Virus record (IMG/VR): IMGVR_UViG_3300010429_002600
Direction: 5' to 3' (one strand)
Source: an uncultured virus (IMG/VR IMGVR_UViG_3300010429_002600)
Taxonomy: Duplodnaviria; Heunggongvirae; Uroviricota; Caudoviricetes
Length of the DNA: 64,000 bases
Shown: piece by piece, positions 10,837 through 20,575 of the stretch
Layout: each line of letters opens with the position of its first letter
Numbering within the stretch: position 1 is the first letter of the stretch
The notes under the pieces: generated by a model
Told to the model about the DNA's origin: nothing
Database searches by the model: none
What the model saw: the letters and a program-made list of their open reading frames with translations, nothing else
Program-made: the position numbers and the translations under genes

Positions 10837-11043
10837 ATGGCTGCAATAAAATCAGGAGGGCCTAAAGAAAACAGCACAATAGATGGAAATTTCAGAAGAA
10901 TTGTTCTGGAAGAGGGAGGATATATTCCAACCTCCTCTACAGATGCAAACGGGAAAATCGGAGAAATTTCCTTCGATACCGGTTATATGTATTTAAAGAC
11001 TGCTGCCGGGACATGGAGACGTATTCAGCATAGTTCATTTTAG
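10837..11043 (+). CDS. Small protein resembling a tail-fibre terminal motif
   Basis: 'PTSSTDANGKIGEISFDTGYMYLKTAAGTWRRI'; AGGAGG RBS. Confidence 0.55.
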   Translation: MAAIKSGGPKENSTIDGNFRRIVLEEGGYIPTSSTDANGKIGEISFDTGYMYLKTAAGTWRRIQHSSF

Positions 11044-11055
11044 GTTTCACCTCGA

Positions 11056-11103
11056 AATAAAAAACCCCTCATCAAGTAATTGATTTTGGGGTTTCCTTAT
11101 TTC
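11056..11103. terminator. Bidirectional intrinsic terminator between convergent operons
   Basis: aaacccc..atcaa-gtaa-ttgat..ggggttt stem with A/T flanks. Confidence 0.6.
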
Positions 11104-11105
11104 TG

Positions 11106-11777
11106 TTACTTTTTCCTGGCAAATAAGATCCATCCATCTATAATTGTAATATCATAGAACTTTTTAGATAAAACGTCTATAATATCTCTTCTTGTCCATA
11201 TATATTTATGATGATATGGATTTTTCTGAAGAATTATTTCTGCCTGATGTAATGTTTCCGGGAAAGCAGAGGACATAGACAATACCCCTCCGGGATGAAG
11301 GTAATCAGAAATGGTTTTGATTAATTCAATACCCTCTTCTTTTGTGAAGTGCTCTATTACTTCCATGCAAGTGAGCAGGTTTCCGGGAGATCCTATTAGT
11401 TCTCTTATTGGCTGAAATAAATCAGCACATAACCAGGTAATGTTTTTAGAAAACCATGTCTTTTTCGAAAACCCCCATGCTGATTTATTTTTCTCTATTG
11501 CCACTACAGAAGAGGCATAATAAGACATCAGGTAAGATCCCCATCCATAACCTGACCCTGCATCTATTATTTTCTCCCCTTCTCCAAATGCCTTGCTAGC
11601 TACTACATACCTCATTAACATTTTCTTTACATGATCTGTCCCCTTAAAACTGGAAGGACAATCTTTTTCTAAATCTCTTTTTGGACAGGCGGTAAAGAGA
11701 ATGTCCTGAAGCGGAAGTATAGAATTTACTTTAGTCTCTTTATTATAGATATTGGTCATCTGTTCTGAGGTAATCAT
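11106..11777 (-). CDS. Class I SAM-dependent methyltransferase (glycan-locus type)
   Basis: 'RY...IIDAGSGYGWGS', 'CMEVIEH', 'LHPGGVL', 'NPYH'. Confidence 0.85.
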   Translation of the reverse strand: MITSEQMTNIYNKETKVNSILPLQDILFTACPKRDLEKDCPSSFKGTDHVKKMLMRYVVASKAFGEGEKIIDAGSGYGWGSYLMSYYASSVVAIEKNKSAWGFSKKTWFSKNITWLCADLFQPIRELIGSPGNLLTCMEVIEHFTKEEGIELIKTISDYLHPGGVLSMSSAFPETLHQAEIILQKNPYHHKYIWTRRDIIDVLSKKFYDITIIDGWILFARKK

Positions 11778-12650
11778 TTATTCTTTTACCTCCTCTATAA
11801 GTTGAACCACGCCGGCCCTTATTTTACCGTCTGTATTATAAGGGATACAGACTTCACTTAACCACTCAAGTTTTATTAAACACTTCCATATTTGTTTGGA
11901 ACATTTTTTTTTGCACCATTCCAAGGTGGCAACATTTACACCACAACCACACAGTTGAGTTCTTGTGTGGTTTACCACCTCAGTTATTATTTCACCGGGT
12001 TTTATTTGCCACTTATTATTTGGTTCATACCGTTCTGAGAAACTTTTATAAACTATATAGCCCTGTCTTGTTTTTTTGAAATTTTTCTTTAGAAAATCTA
12101 TAGCATTTAAAAGACCTGTTGAGTTGGAAAGGTTTGCCTCTCTCAGGTTTGCCTCTCTCAGGTTTGCCTCTCTCAGGTTTGCCTCTCTCAGGTCTGCCTC
12201 TCTCAGGTCTGCCCCTATCAGGTTTGCCTCTCTCAGGTCTGCCCCTATCAGGTTTGCCTCTCTCAGGTCTGCCCCTATCAGGTTTGCCTCTCTCAGGTTT
12301 GCCTCTCTCAGGTCTGCCCCTATCAGGTTTGCCTCTCTCAGGTTTGCCTCTCTCAGGTCTGCCCCTCTCAGGTCTGCCCCTCTCAGGTTTGCCCCTATCA
12401 GGTTTGCCTCTCTCAGGTCTGCCCCTATCAGGTTTGCCTCTCTCAGGTCTGCCCCTATCAGGTTTGCCTCTCTCAGGTTTGCCTCTCTCAGGTCTGCCCC
12501 TCTCAGGTTTGCCTCTCTCAGGTCTGCCCCTATCAGGTTTGCCTCTCTCAGGTTTGCCTTGTTTTTCTCCACAAACTCAATAAAACTTTCTGCCTCCTTT
12601 TCTGTTATAAGTTCTTCGGTCCACCTGTTTTTTATTGTGTGTTTTAACAT
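11778..12650 (-). CDS. Pentapeptide repeat protein
   Basis: 28 A(N/D)L(R/I)(E/G) repeats plus ANLSN. Confidence 0.95.
   Translation of the reverse strand: MLKHTIKNRWTEELITEKEAESFIEFVEKNKANLREANLIGADLREANLRGADLREANLREANLIGADLREANLIGADLREANLIGANLRGADLRGADLREANLREANLIGADLREANLREANLIGADLREANLIGADLREANLIGADLREADLREANLREANLREANLREANLSNSTGLLNAIDFLKKNFKKTRQGYIVYKSFSERYEPNNKWQIKPGEIITEVVNHTRTQLCGCGVNVATLEWCKKKCSKQIWKCLIKLEWLSEVCIPYNTDGKIRAGVVQLIEEVKE
12130..12559. repeat. 15-bp tandem repeat, ~28 units (aggt[t/c]tgcc[t/c]ct[c/a]tc), coding
   Basis: Seen directly; encodes the pentapeptide repeats on the minus strand. Confidence 0.97.
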
Positions 12651-12862
12651 TTCTTATAAACCTCCATCTGATGTTTAACTATTTTAATCAAACTCTGGTC
12701 TGTAAAATATCCCGGGTTGTTTTCTATCCACTTATGCAGATCTTTGAAGAAATCCTTCATGATATATCCCGGATAATTATTTAATCCGAAATGAACGAAG
12801 GAAGTCATGAAGAATTTAGAGAACATTTCAGCTAAAAGTTTAGTTTTTGTATCGGTTTCCAT
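12644..12862 (-). CDS. Hypothetical protein
   Basis: Coupled ORF in leftward operon. Confidence 0.55.
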   Translation of the reverse strand: METDTKTKLLAEMFSKFFMTSFVHFGLNNYPGYIMKDFFKDLHKWIENNPGYFTDQSLIKIVKHQMEVYKKC

Positions 12863-13145
12863 TTTAAGCCCCCTAGCAAGCGATTTAACGCAAAAGTCAG
12901 GTCTTGTGATATTTTATATCAAAAAAATCAAACTTTTGCGTTAAAACCGCTAATTTTTTGATAACCGTGCCTCGAAAAAGTCCTGAAGAGTTAAAGGCTC
13001 CTCTTCGTCAGAAATTTCATCATCCTCCTTTTCGTTTACATCAAAAAAAATGGTGTCTTTTTTAATTTTATCTATTGCGTCGATGATATTGAACCCCATG
13101 ACTAAAATTGTAATCCAGAGTAAACCTATTCCGTATAAAATAACT

Positions 13146-13529
13146 TCAGTGGACATTACTACAGATCCCCTCTCTTTTTTGTTTCTTATAATTCTTTGTA
13201 TGCTCATTCTGGCAATACTTACACCTTCTCCGGAGGCCATCAAATGAATTTCCCCTGTGCCAGTATTGTTTTGTTCGGGGAAACCTTCTCTTACACTTGG
13301 TACACTCCTCCGGGTCAAAAACTTTGTCATCAAAGACAACATAGTTTTTCTTTCTTCGCCTCATCTCTCTTGCAATCCTCTTCTGTTCTGCAAGAGACTC
13401 CGCTTCTTTTCTTTTTCTCCTTTCTATAAAAAAGTTTGGATCTGTATTCATTTTATGGAGACAGTCGCAAACCTCTTCTCTCAAGATCGAGTTATTTTTT
13501 ATAACCTTCAAAATTCCCCAATCTCTCAT
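13146..13529 (-). CDS. Hypothetical protein with C-terminal CxxC...CxxC zinc finger
   Basis: 'CTKCKRRFP...DGLRRRCKYC'. Confidence 0.6.
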   Translation of the reverse strand: MRDWGILKVIKNNSILREEVCDCLHKMNTDPNFFIERRKRKEAESLAEQKRIAREMRRRKKNYVVFDDKVFDPEECTKCKRRFPRTKQYWHRGNSFDGLRRRCKYCQNEHTKNYKKQKREGICSNVH

Positions 13530-13530
13530 G

Positions 13531-14139
13531 TTATCCCTTCTTTCCAGAACAAAGATTACATTCCATCCTTTCCAGTTCTCCCGGTGTCTGTAGGTATGAA
13601 TTACAGACCTTGCAAAAGGCCATGCCCGTTACTTTTTCTTCCGGTTCGTCTTTCTCTATGTTTATGGCAATATATTTAAGGATTTCTATAATGTCCGATA
13701 ACTTCTCATTCATCTCTTTTAGCTCCGGATTGGTCCAGAGAAAGGCAGATGGTTCAGGGGCTACCCCTAAAGTTCCTATATTTTTAGCAGGCTCGGGGCT
13801 TATTCCTACTATTTTTTTTACTTCTTCTCCATAGTCATTGGTAAACCCATTCAGGCTCTTCATCTCTTCATATTCCTTTAACCCCTTTACTGGCTCACCG
13901 AAAACATAGTGAGTATCGCCTTCGGGGGTAAGTTTTTTAATCTCAACAGTTGAATTATATGGAATCTCTTCATAGTCAATCATATTACACCCCCGAAAGA
14001 TTACCTCTGCCCCACAGCATTTATACTCTGCAATTAAATCAAATTTACCATCGGGCAGATCTTCTGTTTTTAAGATCCTTTTTATTTCTTCTTTCCCACA
14101 TTTACATATTCTTATTCTCTCATGCTCATCATTTCTCAT
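13531..14139 (-). CDS. Hypothetical Cys-rich protein
   Basis: 202 aa, AGGAGG RBS. Confidence 0.6.
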   Translation of the reverse strand: MRNDEHERIRICKCGKEEIKRILKTEDLPDGKFDLIAEYKCCGAEVIFRGCNMIDYEEIPYNSTVEIKKLTPEGDTHYVFGEPVKGLKEYEEMKSLNGFTNDYGEEVKKIVGISPEPAKNIGTLGVAPEPSAFLWTNPELKEMNEKLSDIIEILKYIAINIEKDEPEEKVTGMAFCKVCNSYLQTPGELERMECNLCSGKKG

Positions 14140-14325
14140 CTTCCATACCTCCTGTTAGTTAAGGTCTTACCCTTCTTCTTTTTTCTGAGCCACTCTCTAC
14201 ACTTGGTAACATCAAACATAGGTGTGGCCCCAGATTAACTCATGGGGCATCCCCTCCCTGACAAACTTGTCAATGGTAACGTCGGATACTTCCAATATCC
14301 GACACAGTTCCTTTCTCTTAATCAT
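14136..14325 (-). pseudogene. Frameshifted Xis/Nu1-like winged-HTH gene
   Basis: MIKRKELCRILEVSDVTIDKFVREGMPHELI continues in another frame as GATPMFDVTKCREWLRKK; ATGA overlaps at both ends; span 190 nt (3n+1). Confidence 0.6.
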
Positions 14326-14579
14326 TTCTTTACCTCCTCCATACTCAGATTAAAAAATTCTTCTTTAGAAATTTCCCTCAAACTCCCTCCTTTCCCAAAA
14401 TCAAAAGCAAAAAAAGTAGGAACAGGGGGTTCATCAAACCCCAAAAACCATTCAACTAATGCAAATATATGATCCATTAAGCTTTCGAAATACCAATCCT
14501 GATACCACTTCAGGCAATCATCACAAAAAATACAATCTCCTTGTGGTTTTTCATAACAGTGTAAACATAAGTCCTTCAA
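14322..14579 (-). CDS. Hypothetical zinc-finger protein
   Basis: CxxC...CxxC; TTG start with GGAGG. Confidence 0.5.
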   Translation of the reverse strand: MKDLCLHCYEKPQGDCIFCDDCLKWYQDWYFESLMDHIFALVEWFLGFDEPPVPTFFAFDFGKGGSLREISKEEFFNLSMEEVKK

Positions 14580-14591
14580 AACATAACCTCC

Positions 14592-15296
14592 TTATGGTAT
14601 CCATTGTATATAAGGCAACCCCTCAAATCCTCTCTCCCACACGCACCACGCCATTTCGAGGGTGGTAGAGCATGAATATCCTTCAAACGTGATCCTACGG
14701 GAAAACACCAGTACCTTTTTCAGTGGGAATTTTTTATCTTCCCATATATCAACTAATCTGCCCTTCCCTGCCAGATGGTTTAACTTCATAAGCATGGCAA
14801 TTTTATGTTTAGCGAAGTTCTTTGCCTGAAGAATGAATCCCTCTGTATGCTTGAATGGAGGGTTTGTTATAATGTGGTCTGGGTGATGATTCGGGGGATC
14901 GCCAGCCTCGTTTGACCTTAAAAAGGAATATGTCTTTTTTAAATCTAAAAAATCAATCCAATATTCGCCTCCCTCCCAGATAGGAACATCAATAAAGGAT
15001 TTTCCAAAATCTTCTGTATGAGGGACTGTTTTAAATAAATCAGATCCCAAAACACGAAGGCCATGTTTATGCAAAATCTTCGCTATGTGCCCCTCTCCCA
15101 CAGCAGGCTCATATACAGTGCCCCAGAACTGCTCCTGTGCCAGTAATGCCTCAGTACACCACTCAGGGGTAGCGTAGAAGTCCTGTGGCCTCCTGTTTTG
15201 GCCCATACCTGCACTTAAATGTGCTTTACTTACCATTCCCTCTCTCTCCTTTCTTTTGCCCCCATAGCACGGGCAAATGTGGCATAAGTCATACAT
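14592..15296 (-). CDS. Phage DNA amino (probably N6-adenine) methyltransferase
   Basis: 'DFYATP', 'EPAVGEGHI' (motif I), 'IITNPPF' (motif IV). Confidence 0.85.
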   Translation of the reverse strand: MYDLCHICPCYGGKRKEREGMVSKAHLSAGMGQNRRPQDFYATPEWCTEALLAQEQFWGTVYEPAVGEGHIAKILHKHGLRVLGSDLFKTVPHTEDFGKSFIDVPIWEGGEYWIDFLDLKKTYSFLRSNEAGDPPNHHPDHIITNPPFKHTEGFILQAKNFAKHKIAMLMKLNHLAGKGRLVDIWEDKKFPLKKVLVFSRRITFEGYSCSTTLEMAWCVWERGFEGLPYIQWIP

Positions 15297-15496
15297 ACTC
15301 TCCCCTCAACTGAACGAAGAAGAACTCTCTTAAGTCCTCTTCAGATGAAAAATCCCAGACTTCCCCATCGTCGGATACGAGACAGTATTCCATCTCATAG
15401 CCATCTGCGGAATCCCTTGTCAGGACTCCGAACTCATAACCGGGGTAATCCGGGTGCTTGAACTTAACCGGAACGTCGTAGTTTAATGGCACTATA

Positions 15497-15763
15497 TCAC
15501 CTCTCCCATCTTTTGTATTTTCTTTTCCTTTTCGGAAGGTTGTCTTTCCAGTTATCCTCATTTCGAGAATTTTTAAATAATTTATTAATTTTTTCAATAT
15601 CTATTAGCTCTTTTGCCGTAGGTTGAAAGGCAAGAGTTAAAACATTTTCAACAGAGATTTTAAACATTCCGATGGCACTATTGACCTGACTTACCTTCTC
15701 TATCAGGTTGTCAAGAGAGGCATCGTCTATGTTATAATTTGCCTTTATCAACTCACGATCCAC
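15497..15763 (-). CDS. Hypothetical protein, first gene of leftward operon
   Basis: GTG start with AGGAGGTG RBS just downstream of the leftward promoter. Confidence 0.55.
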   Translation of the reverse strand: MDRELIKANYNIDDASLDNLIEKVSQVNSAIGMFKISVENVLTLAFQPTAKELIDIEKINKLFKNSRNEDNWKDNLPKRKRKYKRWER

Positions 15764-15784
15764 AAAATCACCTCCTACTTATCT

Positions 15785-15813
15785 AAAGTAGCATACCCGA
15801 AAAAGAATGTCAA
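15785..15813 (-). promoter_or_regulatory. Leftward sigma70-type promoter
   Basis: TTGACA-17-TACTTT with extended TG. Confidence 0.65.
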
Positions 15814-15845
15814 GGGTAATTTTGGAGTTAATTACAAACTCGCTA

Positions 15846-15874
15846 TTGACTTTGACATATTTTCTATGTATAAT
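15846..15874 (+). promoter_or_regulatory. Rightward sigma70-type promoter
   Basis: TTGACT-17-TATAAT; divergent from 15785-15813. Confidence 0.75.
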
Positions 15875-15895
15875 AACATTTATGGAGGTGACATA

Positions 15896-16075
15896 ATGAG
15901 GAAAAAACAAGTTACATTTCATTTTACTCAGGAAGAAATAACCTTTTTAAGGAGGGGATCAAAAAAGAAGCAGATTTCAATGAATGAACTTCTAAGGGAT
16001 TTAATTAAGATTGCAATGAATGAAGAAAAAAAGAAAGGGGAAAAGAGCAATGAAAAACCCGTTACAGGCATTTAA
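15896..16075 (+). CDS. Ribbon-helix-helix (Arc/CopG-like) regulator
   Basis: 'KKQVTFHFTQEE..FLRR.SKK..ISMNELLRDLI'; GGAGGTG RBS. Confidence 0.65.
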   Translation: MRKKQVTFHFTQEEITFLRRGSKKKQISMNELLRDLIKIAMNEEKKKGEKSNEKPVTGI

Positions 16076-16814
16076 CTATCAGGGTAAAGAAGTCCGGACT
16101 ATTGTAAATGAGAATGAAATCTGGTGGGTAGCAAAAGACGTTTGTAATGTTTTAGAATTATCTGATGTTTCTAAGAGCCTACAAAGAGTCGATGATGATG
16201 AAAAGGATACGAAAATTATTCGCACCCCTGGAGGCCCTCAAAAAATGTCTATTATTAATGAGCCAGGACTATATTCTCTCGTTCTCTCCTCAAACAAGCC
16301 AGAGGCAAAAGCATTTAAACGGTGGATTACCCATGAGGTAATTCCTTCTGTCAGGGAAACGGGTCAATACATAGGCAATAAGCAGAGTGCCCTTCTGGAG
16401 AAACAGGAAAGAGATATGATTTTCCGGGAAGAAAGAGAGAAGAGATTAAGGGCAAAGGAATTAAAGGATGTTGCCAAGTTTTTCAGTGGAGTTCTTTCTG
16501 ATGTCGCCATGCAGGGGATAGCCTATGAAATAACAACCCTTCTCTGCAATAAAGAAATTATCCCTATGCCTCAATTAGAAAGCAGGTTTTACTCCGCTAC
16601 TGATATTGTTGACGAGTTCTTCAAAAATACTGGCACAAAAATAAGCGTTCAAAGATTTGGGAAATTGGCTAACCTGCATAATCTGAAAACAGAGGATAAT
16701 GGTCATTACTTCTTGAGTAAATCCCTTCATTCAGAGAAACAGGTATCAACATGGATGTATAACGAACAGGGCAAGCAAAGAGCATTTGCCTTATTGCAAA
16801 ATAGTTTAAATTAA
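16050..16814 (+). CDS. Bro-N domain antirepressor
   Basis: 'WWVAKDVCNVL', 'INEPGLYSLVLSSNKPEAKAFKRWITHEVIPSVRETG'. Confidence 0.92.
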   Translation: MKNPLQAFNYQGKEVRTIVNENEIWWVAKDVCNVLELSDVSKSLQRVDDDEKDTKIIRTPGGPQKMSIINEPGLYSLVLSSNKPEAKAFKRWITHEVIPSVRETGQYIGNKQSALLEKQERDMIFREEREKRLRAKELKDVAKFFSGVLSDVAMQGIAYEITTLLCNKEIIPMPQLESRFYSATDIVDEFFKNTGTKISVQRFGKLANLHNLKTEDNGHYFLSKSLHSEKQVSTWMYNEQGKQRAFALLQNSLN

Positions 16815-16829
16815 GGAGGAAAACAAGAA

Positions 16830-17105
16830 ATGAAAATCATATCAGAAACAGTTAATCTGGCTATGATTCCATCTCAGGTAGAGGCTTTGGATCGTGAAAT
16901 CCAGGATAACTACAAAGAGATACTTAAACTCAAGACAGAGTATCTCTGCTACTTCCCTATGGGAAAGAAATATTATGACGAAGAGGGTCACTCTGTAGAA
17001 GTGGTGGGATTTATGACAAAACCACCACAGTTGATTGTGGAATATAACACAGGGGCTACAAGGGGCATTGACCCCTTACATTTGAAAGGAGAAGTGAAAG
17101 AATAA
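16830..17105 (+). CDS. Hypothetical protein
   Basis: AGGAGG RBS. Confidence 0.6.
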   Translation: MKIISETVNLAMIPSQVEALDREIQDNYKEILKLKTEYLCYFPMGKKYYDEEGHSVEVVGFMTKPPQLIVEYNTGATRGIDPLHLKGEVKE

Positions 17106-18232
17106 TGTCAGAATTCGGAATGGTCCCTTTATCAGATAAGGGGTATCAAAGAATCCAGGAGATAGAGGGAGAGGCTTGCAAAATCAATAGAGCAATGGCA
17201 AACCAGTTCTTTCTCCAGACAGTGGATAAGAACGGGGAGCCTCAGATATTCGTAAAAGGAGCAGGCCTTCAGTGGAAAATGGATGAACTCTATGGACAGA
17301 ACAATTATGACTTCGATACAGACCTGCTTTCTATTAAAAATCCAGAGGGATACAGGCAGGTTAAAAGGGATCTTGGTATCCCGGATAGTGCCATGTGTGT
17401 TATTGCAGTAACAGAACTCTGGCTGCCTGGAAAGAAATTTCCCATAAGAGAATATGGCACTGTAACGGCTGCAAACATAAAGGGCAATAAACACCCTGTC
17501 GAGCTTGCCTTAACGAGGGCAAAAAACAGAGCCATGAGAGATGCTACCAGAAAGGGGTTCGTAGGCAAATATGAATATGCCGGTGAATTTGACGAACACG
17601 GAAAAGAAACATATGATTCAAGTAAACAGGTGGAGGAGCAGAAAAAGAAGGCTTTTCAAAAACTCCACATCTTCATAAAAAACAATAACATTCCTGCCGA
17701 AGAACAACTGGCGGCATACAACAAAATAGCAAATCCACCCCGGCCTATTGGCAGCTCGACAGAACTATCATTCTATGAAATTCAAATGGCACTGGCTGAA
17801 TTACTTTCTCAGAGAAACAAGAAAGAAAAGTCTGCCGAGGTAGACAAAACGAAAGAAAAGTGGAATGGACAGCCTATTCCTCCTCCTCCGCCTGTTAAGA
17901 ATCCATTTAAGGACAAAACCCCTGTTCCAGAGGAACCCATTGAAGAAGCGGAGATAGTTACCCCGGAACAGCAGGAAGAACTCCCCTTCTCAGAACCGCC
18001 TGTAGACGCTCCAGACGAAGCAGATATGTTCAGCGAGGAAATGGACAATGAAATGAGAAGGGGCCTTCTGGACGCAATCCACGCCCTGTATGAGCGAAAA
18101 GGAATGGGTGATACAGAGATAAAGAAACTATTCGTAAACATATCCAAGAAGAAGAACAGGGAAATAAAAGATGAGAATGACCTTACAAACGAAGAACTGG
18201 ACACACTCATTGACCATTTAAACAAAAAATAA
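17105..18232 (+). CDS. Single-strand annealing protein (Rad52/RecT-like superfamily)
   Basis: 'IFVKGAGL' and 'ELALTRAKNRAMRDA' motifs; Pro/Glu-rich linker; upstream of replication genes. Confidence 0.6.
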   Translation: MSEFGMVPLSDKGYQRIQEIEGEACKINRAMANQFFLQTVDKNGEPQIFVKGAGLQWKMDELYGQNNYDFDTDLLSIKNPEGYRQVKRDLGIPDSAMCVIAVTELWLPGKKFPIREYGTVTAANIKGNKHPVELALTRAKNRAMRDATRKGFVGKYEYAGEFDEHGKETYDSSKQVEEQKKKAFQKLHIFIKNNNIPAEEQLAAYNKIANPPRPIGSSTELSFYEIQMALAELLSQRNKKEKSAEVDKTKEKWNGQPIPPPPPVKNPFKDKTPVPEEPIEEAEIVTPEQQEELPFSEPPVDAPDEADMFSEEMDNEMRRGLLDAIHALYERKGMGDTEIKKLFVNISKKKNREIKDENDLTNEELDTLIDHLNKK

Positions 18233-18450
18233 ACATCAGGGGCCTTGAAATAGAGGCCCTTGAGTTTGGAGAAATAATAATGTGCGAAGTCATTGAGGTA
18301 TGTAAAAATTGTATCTGGGCATATAAACCTAAGGAAGAACCGGCAATATATCAATGTCTCAATAAAACAACTGAGTTTTACCTTTGCCTTGTGGCAGATT
18401 ATCATAGCTGCACTGAGTTCGAGGAAGGGAGATTATTTTAAAATAGGGGG

Positions 18451-18479
18451 TTGACAGATACATTATGTAGCAGTATAAT
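18451..18479 (+). promoter_or_regulatory. Sigma70-type promoter with palindrome TACAT-T-ATGTA in the spacer
   Basis: TTGACA-17-TATAAT. Confidence 0.8.
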
Positions 18480-18502
18480 CATATACAAAGGGGGTGTATA
18501 TT

Positions 18503-18640
18503 ATGGCAAAGAAGAGGGTCCAAATTCTTCTTACCAATCAACAGGTAGAGGCCCTTCAAAAAATATCGAAGGAGTCGGATATTAAAAAATCTGAGTTGAT
18601 TCGTCGCATACTGGATGAATACTTGGAAAGAAAAAAATAA
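18503..18640 (+). CDS. Small RHH/CopG-like regulator (not in ORF track)
   Basis: MAKKRVQILLTNQQVEALQKISKESDIKKSELIRRILDEYLERKK, 45 aa. Confidence 0.8.
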   Translation: MAKKRVQILLTNQQVEALQKISKESDIKKSELIRRILDEYLERKK

Positions 18641-18650
18641 GGAGGTTGTG

Positions 18651-19700
18651 ATGTGGATTCCGGTACAACAAGAGCTTCTTCGTCACCCTAAAACAAGGAA
18701 ACTGGCAAGATTTCTTAACACATCAATGCATGAGGCTGTGGGATATTTAATTTTTTTGTGGTCGTGGGCGGCTGATTATGCAAAAGATGGGAATATTTCA
18801 AAATATTCCCCAGAAGATATTGCAGATGGATGTTTTCTTTTGCCTGAAACGAAACCAGAGGAATTTTATAATCTCTTGCTTGCCAGTGGTTTTTTAGTTA
18901 AAAATGGAAACGATGTTTTTATTAATGATTGGCAAGAATATGCAGGTAAAAACATTAAAAAAATGGGGGAGGATGCAGAAAGGAAAAGACGGAACAGGGA
19001 TAAAAAAAGACAGGCGGCGGATGTCCAGAGGATGTCCAGAGGATGTCCAGAGGATGTCCAGAGGATGTCTGAGGTAGATAAGATAAGAAAAGAAAAGATA
19101 AGAGAAGATAATATAAGAAAAGATAAGACTGAGGATCTTTTTGGTCAAAATTCTCCCGAATTTGGACCGACAGAGGCAAAACCTCCACTACCCCAAAATC
19201 AGCCGTCACCGATACCCCCATATAAGCAAAAATTAAAGAAAAAATACGGAGCAGAAAAGTTTGCTCTTTACGAATCGGAATTTAAAATTTGCTGGAGCGA
19301 CTTTCCAAGAAAAGAAGGTGCTCAAGAGGCACTTCAATATTTCTGCGAGTATAGGGCTGCTGGATATGAGGCAACTGCTCTGCATAGGTCAATTAAAAAT
19401 TATAAAAATGCTGTCGATAGTCAAAATCAAAATAATAGGGGGCAGTTTATAAGACAGTATCAAAAAGGAAGTGGATTCTTTAAAGACAGTATTCTTGACC
19501 CTGCATATATGGAGGGGGAGGAAATCACGGTTAAATCTAATATAGTGTCTCCGGCACAATCGGCTGCCAAAAAGGGGGTTGATGTATTGCGGGAGCAAGT
19601 GGAAGAAAAGATGGGTGCTTTCTTTAAACAGTCCGCTTATTCCGAGGATGATAAAACAATTACGGTGGATAATGCTCAATCTGAGGAGGTAATATCATGA
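18651..19700 (+). CDS. Phage replication initiator (replisome organizer)
   Basis: ATG after GGAGG; 'HPKTRKLAR..GYLIFLW', 'INDWQEY', 'AERKRRNR', internal iterons, 'DKIRKEKIRED'. Confidence 0.8.
   Translation: MWIPVQQELLRHPKTRKLARFLNTSMHEAVGYLIFLWSWAADYAKDGNISKYSPEDIADGCFLLPETKPEEFYNLLLASGFLVKNGNDVFINDWQEYAGKNIKKMGEDAERKRRNRDKKRQAADVQRMSRGCPEDVQRMSEVDKIRKEKIREDNIRKDKTEDLFGQNSPEFGPTEAKPPLPQNQPSPIPPYKQKLKKKYGAEKFALYESEFKICWSDFPRKEGAQEALQYFCEYRAAGYEATALHRSIKNYKNAVDSQNQNNRGQFIRQYQKGSGFFKDSILDPAYMEGEEITVKSNIVSPAQSAAKKGVDVLREQVEEKMGAFFKQSAYSEDDKTITVDNAQSEEVIS
19019..19130 (+). repeat. Putative replication origin: five 11-bp iterons (GGATGTCCAGA) plus purine/A-rich tract
   Basis: Four exact and one degenerate copy at 19019-19073 inside the initiator gene, followed by AGATA/AGAAA pentamers. 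Confidence 0.8.
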
Positions 19701-20332
19701 ATAAAAACGAATTTGCAAAATTTTGCGGAATAATTAAATTCGCATCAGATACCCAGGGAGAAAAAGAAAAATCTGAAGAAACCCTGTACCTTATGTTTGA
19801 AATGTTAAAAGAATATCGTCTGGAAGATATCGGAGAGGCGGTAAAACACCATATTAAAACCTCTGAATTTCCAATTAAGATAGCAAATATTGTCCAGAGA
19901 ATAGAAGGATCTGCCAATGAAAAAAGCTCAATGATATGGTGTAAAATTATATCCGCAATAAAAAAATATGGAAGAAATAGAAGTTTGAGGTTTGACGATC
20001 CGAGGGCCATGTATGCAATAAAAATGCTCGGTGGATGGGAACGTCTCTGCAATATGCCAGTAGATCAGCAGGCTTTTGTTGAAAGAAATTTTACCCAAAC
20101 CTACTCTCTGGCAGATAAACATAATGTTACATGGGAAACTCCGGAAGTCCCCAAAGCCTTTCTCTCTCTCCATGATACCAATAATATAAAAAGCGGATAT
20201 CATGAGTTCGTTGCTCCAATAATTGAAATTAGCATAAACGGCGGGGTCAGAGAAATTAAACAAAAAATGCTGGAGGATAAAGAGGGTAAGATTTTAAACT
20301 TAAAACAGGTGCTAAAAAACCCGTATGATTAA
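19697..20332 (+). CDS. Putative helicase loader/inhibitor (DUF6475-like)
   Basis: Follows initiator; 'SLRFDDPRAMYAIKMLGGWERLC'. Confidence 0.6.
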   Translation: MNKNEFAKFCGIIKFASDTQGEKEKSEETLYLMFEMLKEYRLEDIGEAVKHHIKTSEFPIKIANIVQRIEGSANEKSSMIWCKIISAIKKYGRNRSLRFDDPRAMYAIKMLGGWERLCNMPVDQQAFVERNFTQTYSLADKHNVTWETPEVPKAFLSLHDTNNIKSGYHEFVAPIIEISINGGVREIKQKMLEDKEGKILNLKQVLKNPYD

Positions 20333-20397
20333 GCCTTTTTAGGGATAATCTTACAACGAAAGGAGTTGACGGGGTTATCCTTTTTAGAAAATACCTG

Positions 20398-20431
20398 GGT
20401 CCGGTTCTTTATCGGACCGGACCGCTTTTTT
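20398..20431 (+). terminator. Intrinsic terminator
   Basis: ggtccggt...accggacc stem followed by a T tract. Confidence 0.65.
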
Positions 20432-20575
20432 CCACTATAGGAGGACCAATTATGGAAACGATAATATCAATATCAGCCTTAATAATATTCCTGGTCGTAA
20501 TGGGACTTATCTTTGAATATATTATGGGAAAGGTGGAGGAGAAGAAATGAGCGAATTTTTAGAGGAGGTTGTGAA

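Noticed and set aside
12076..12678. Plus-strand ORFs (RFASL and GLPLS repeats) and a possible CRISPR-like array
   Set aside because: These are shadow frames of the 15-bp coding repeat; there are no unique spacers and no cas genes
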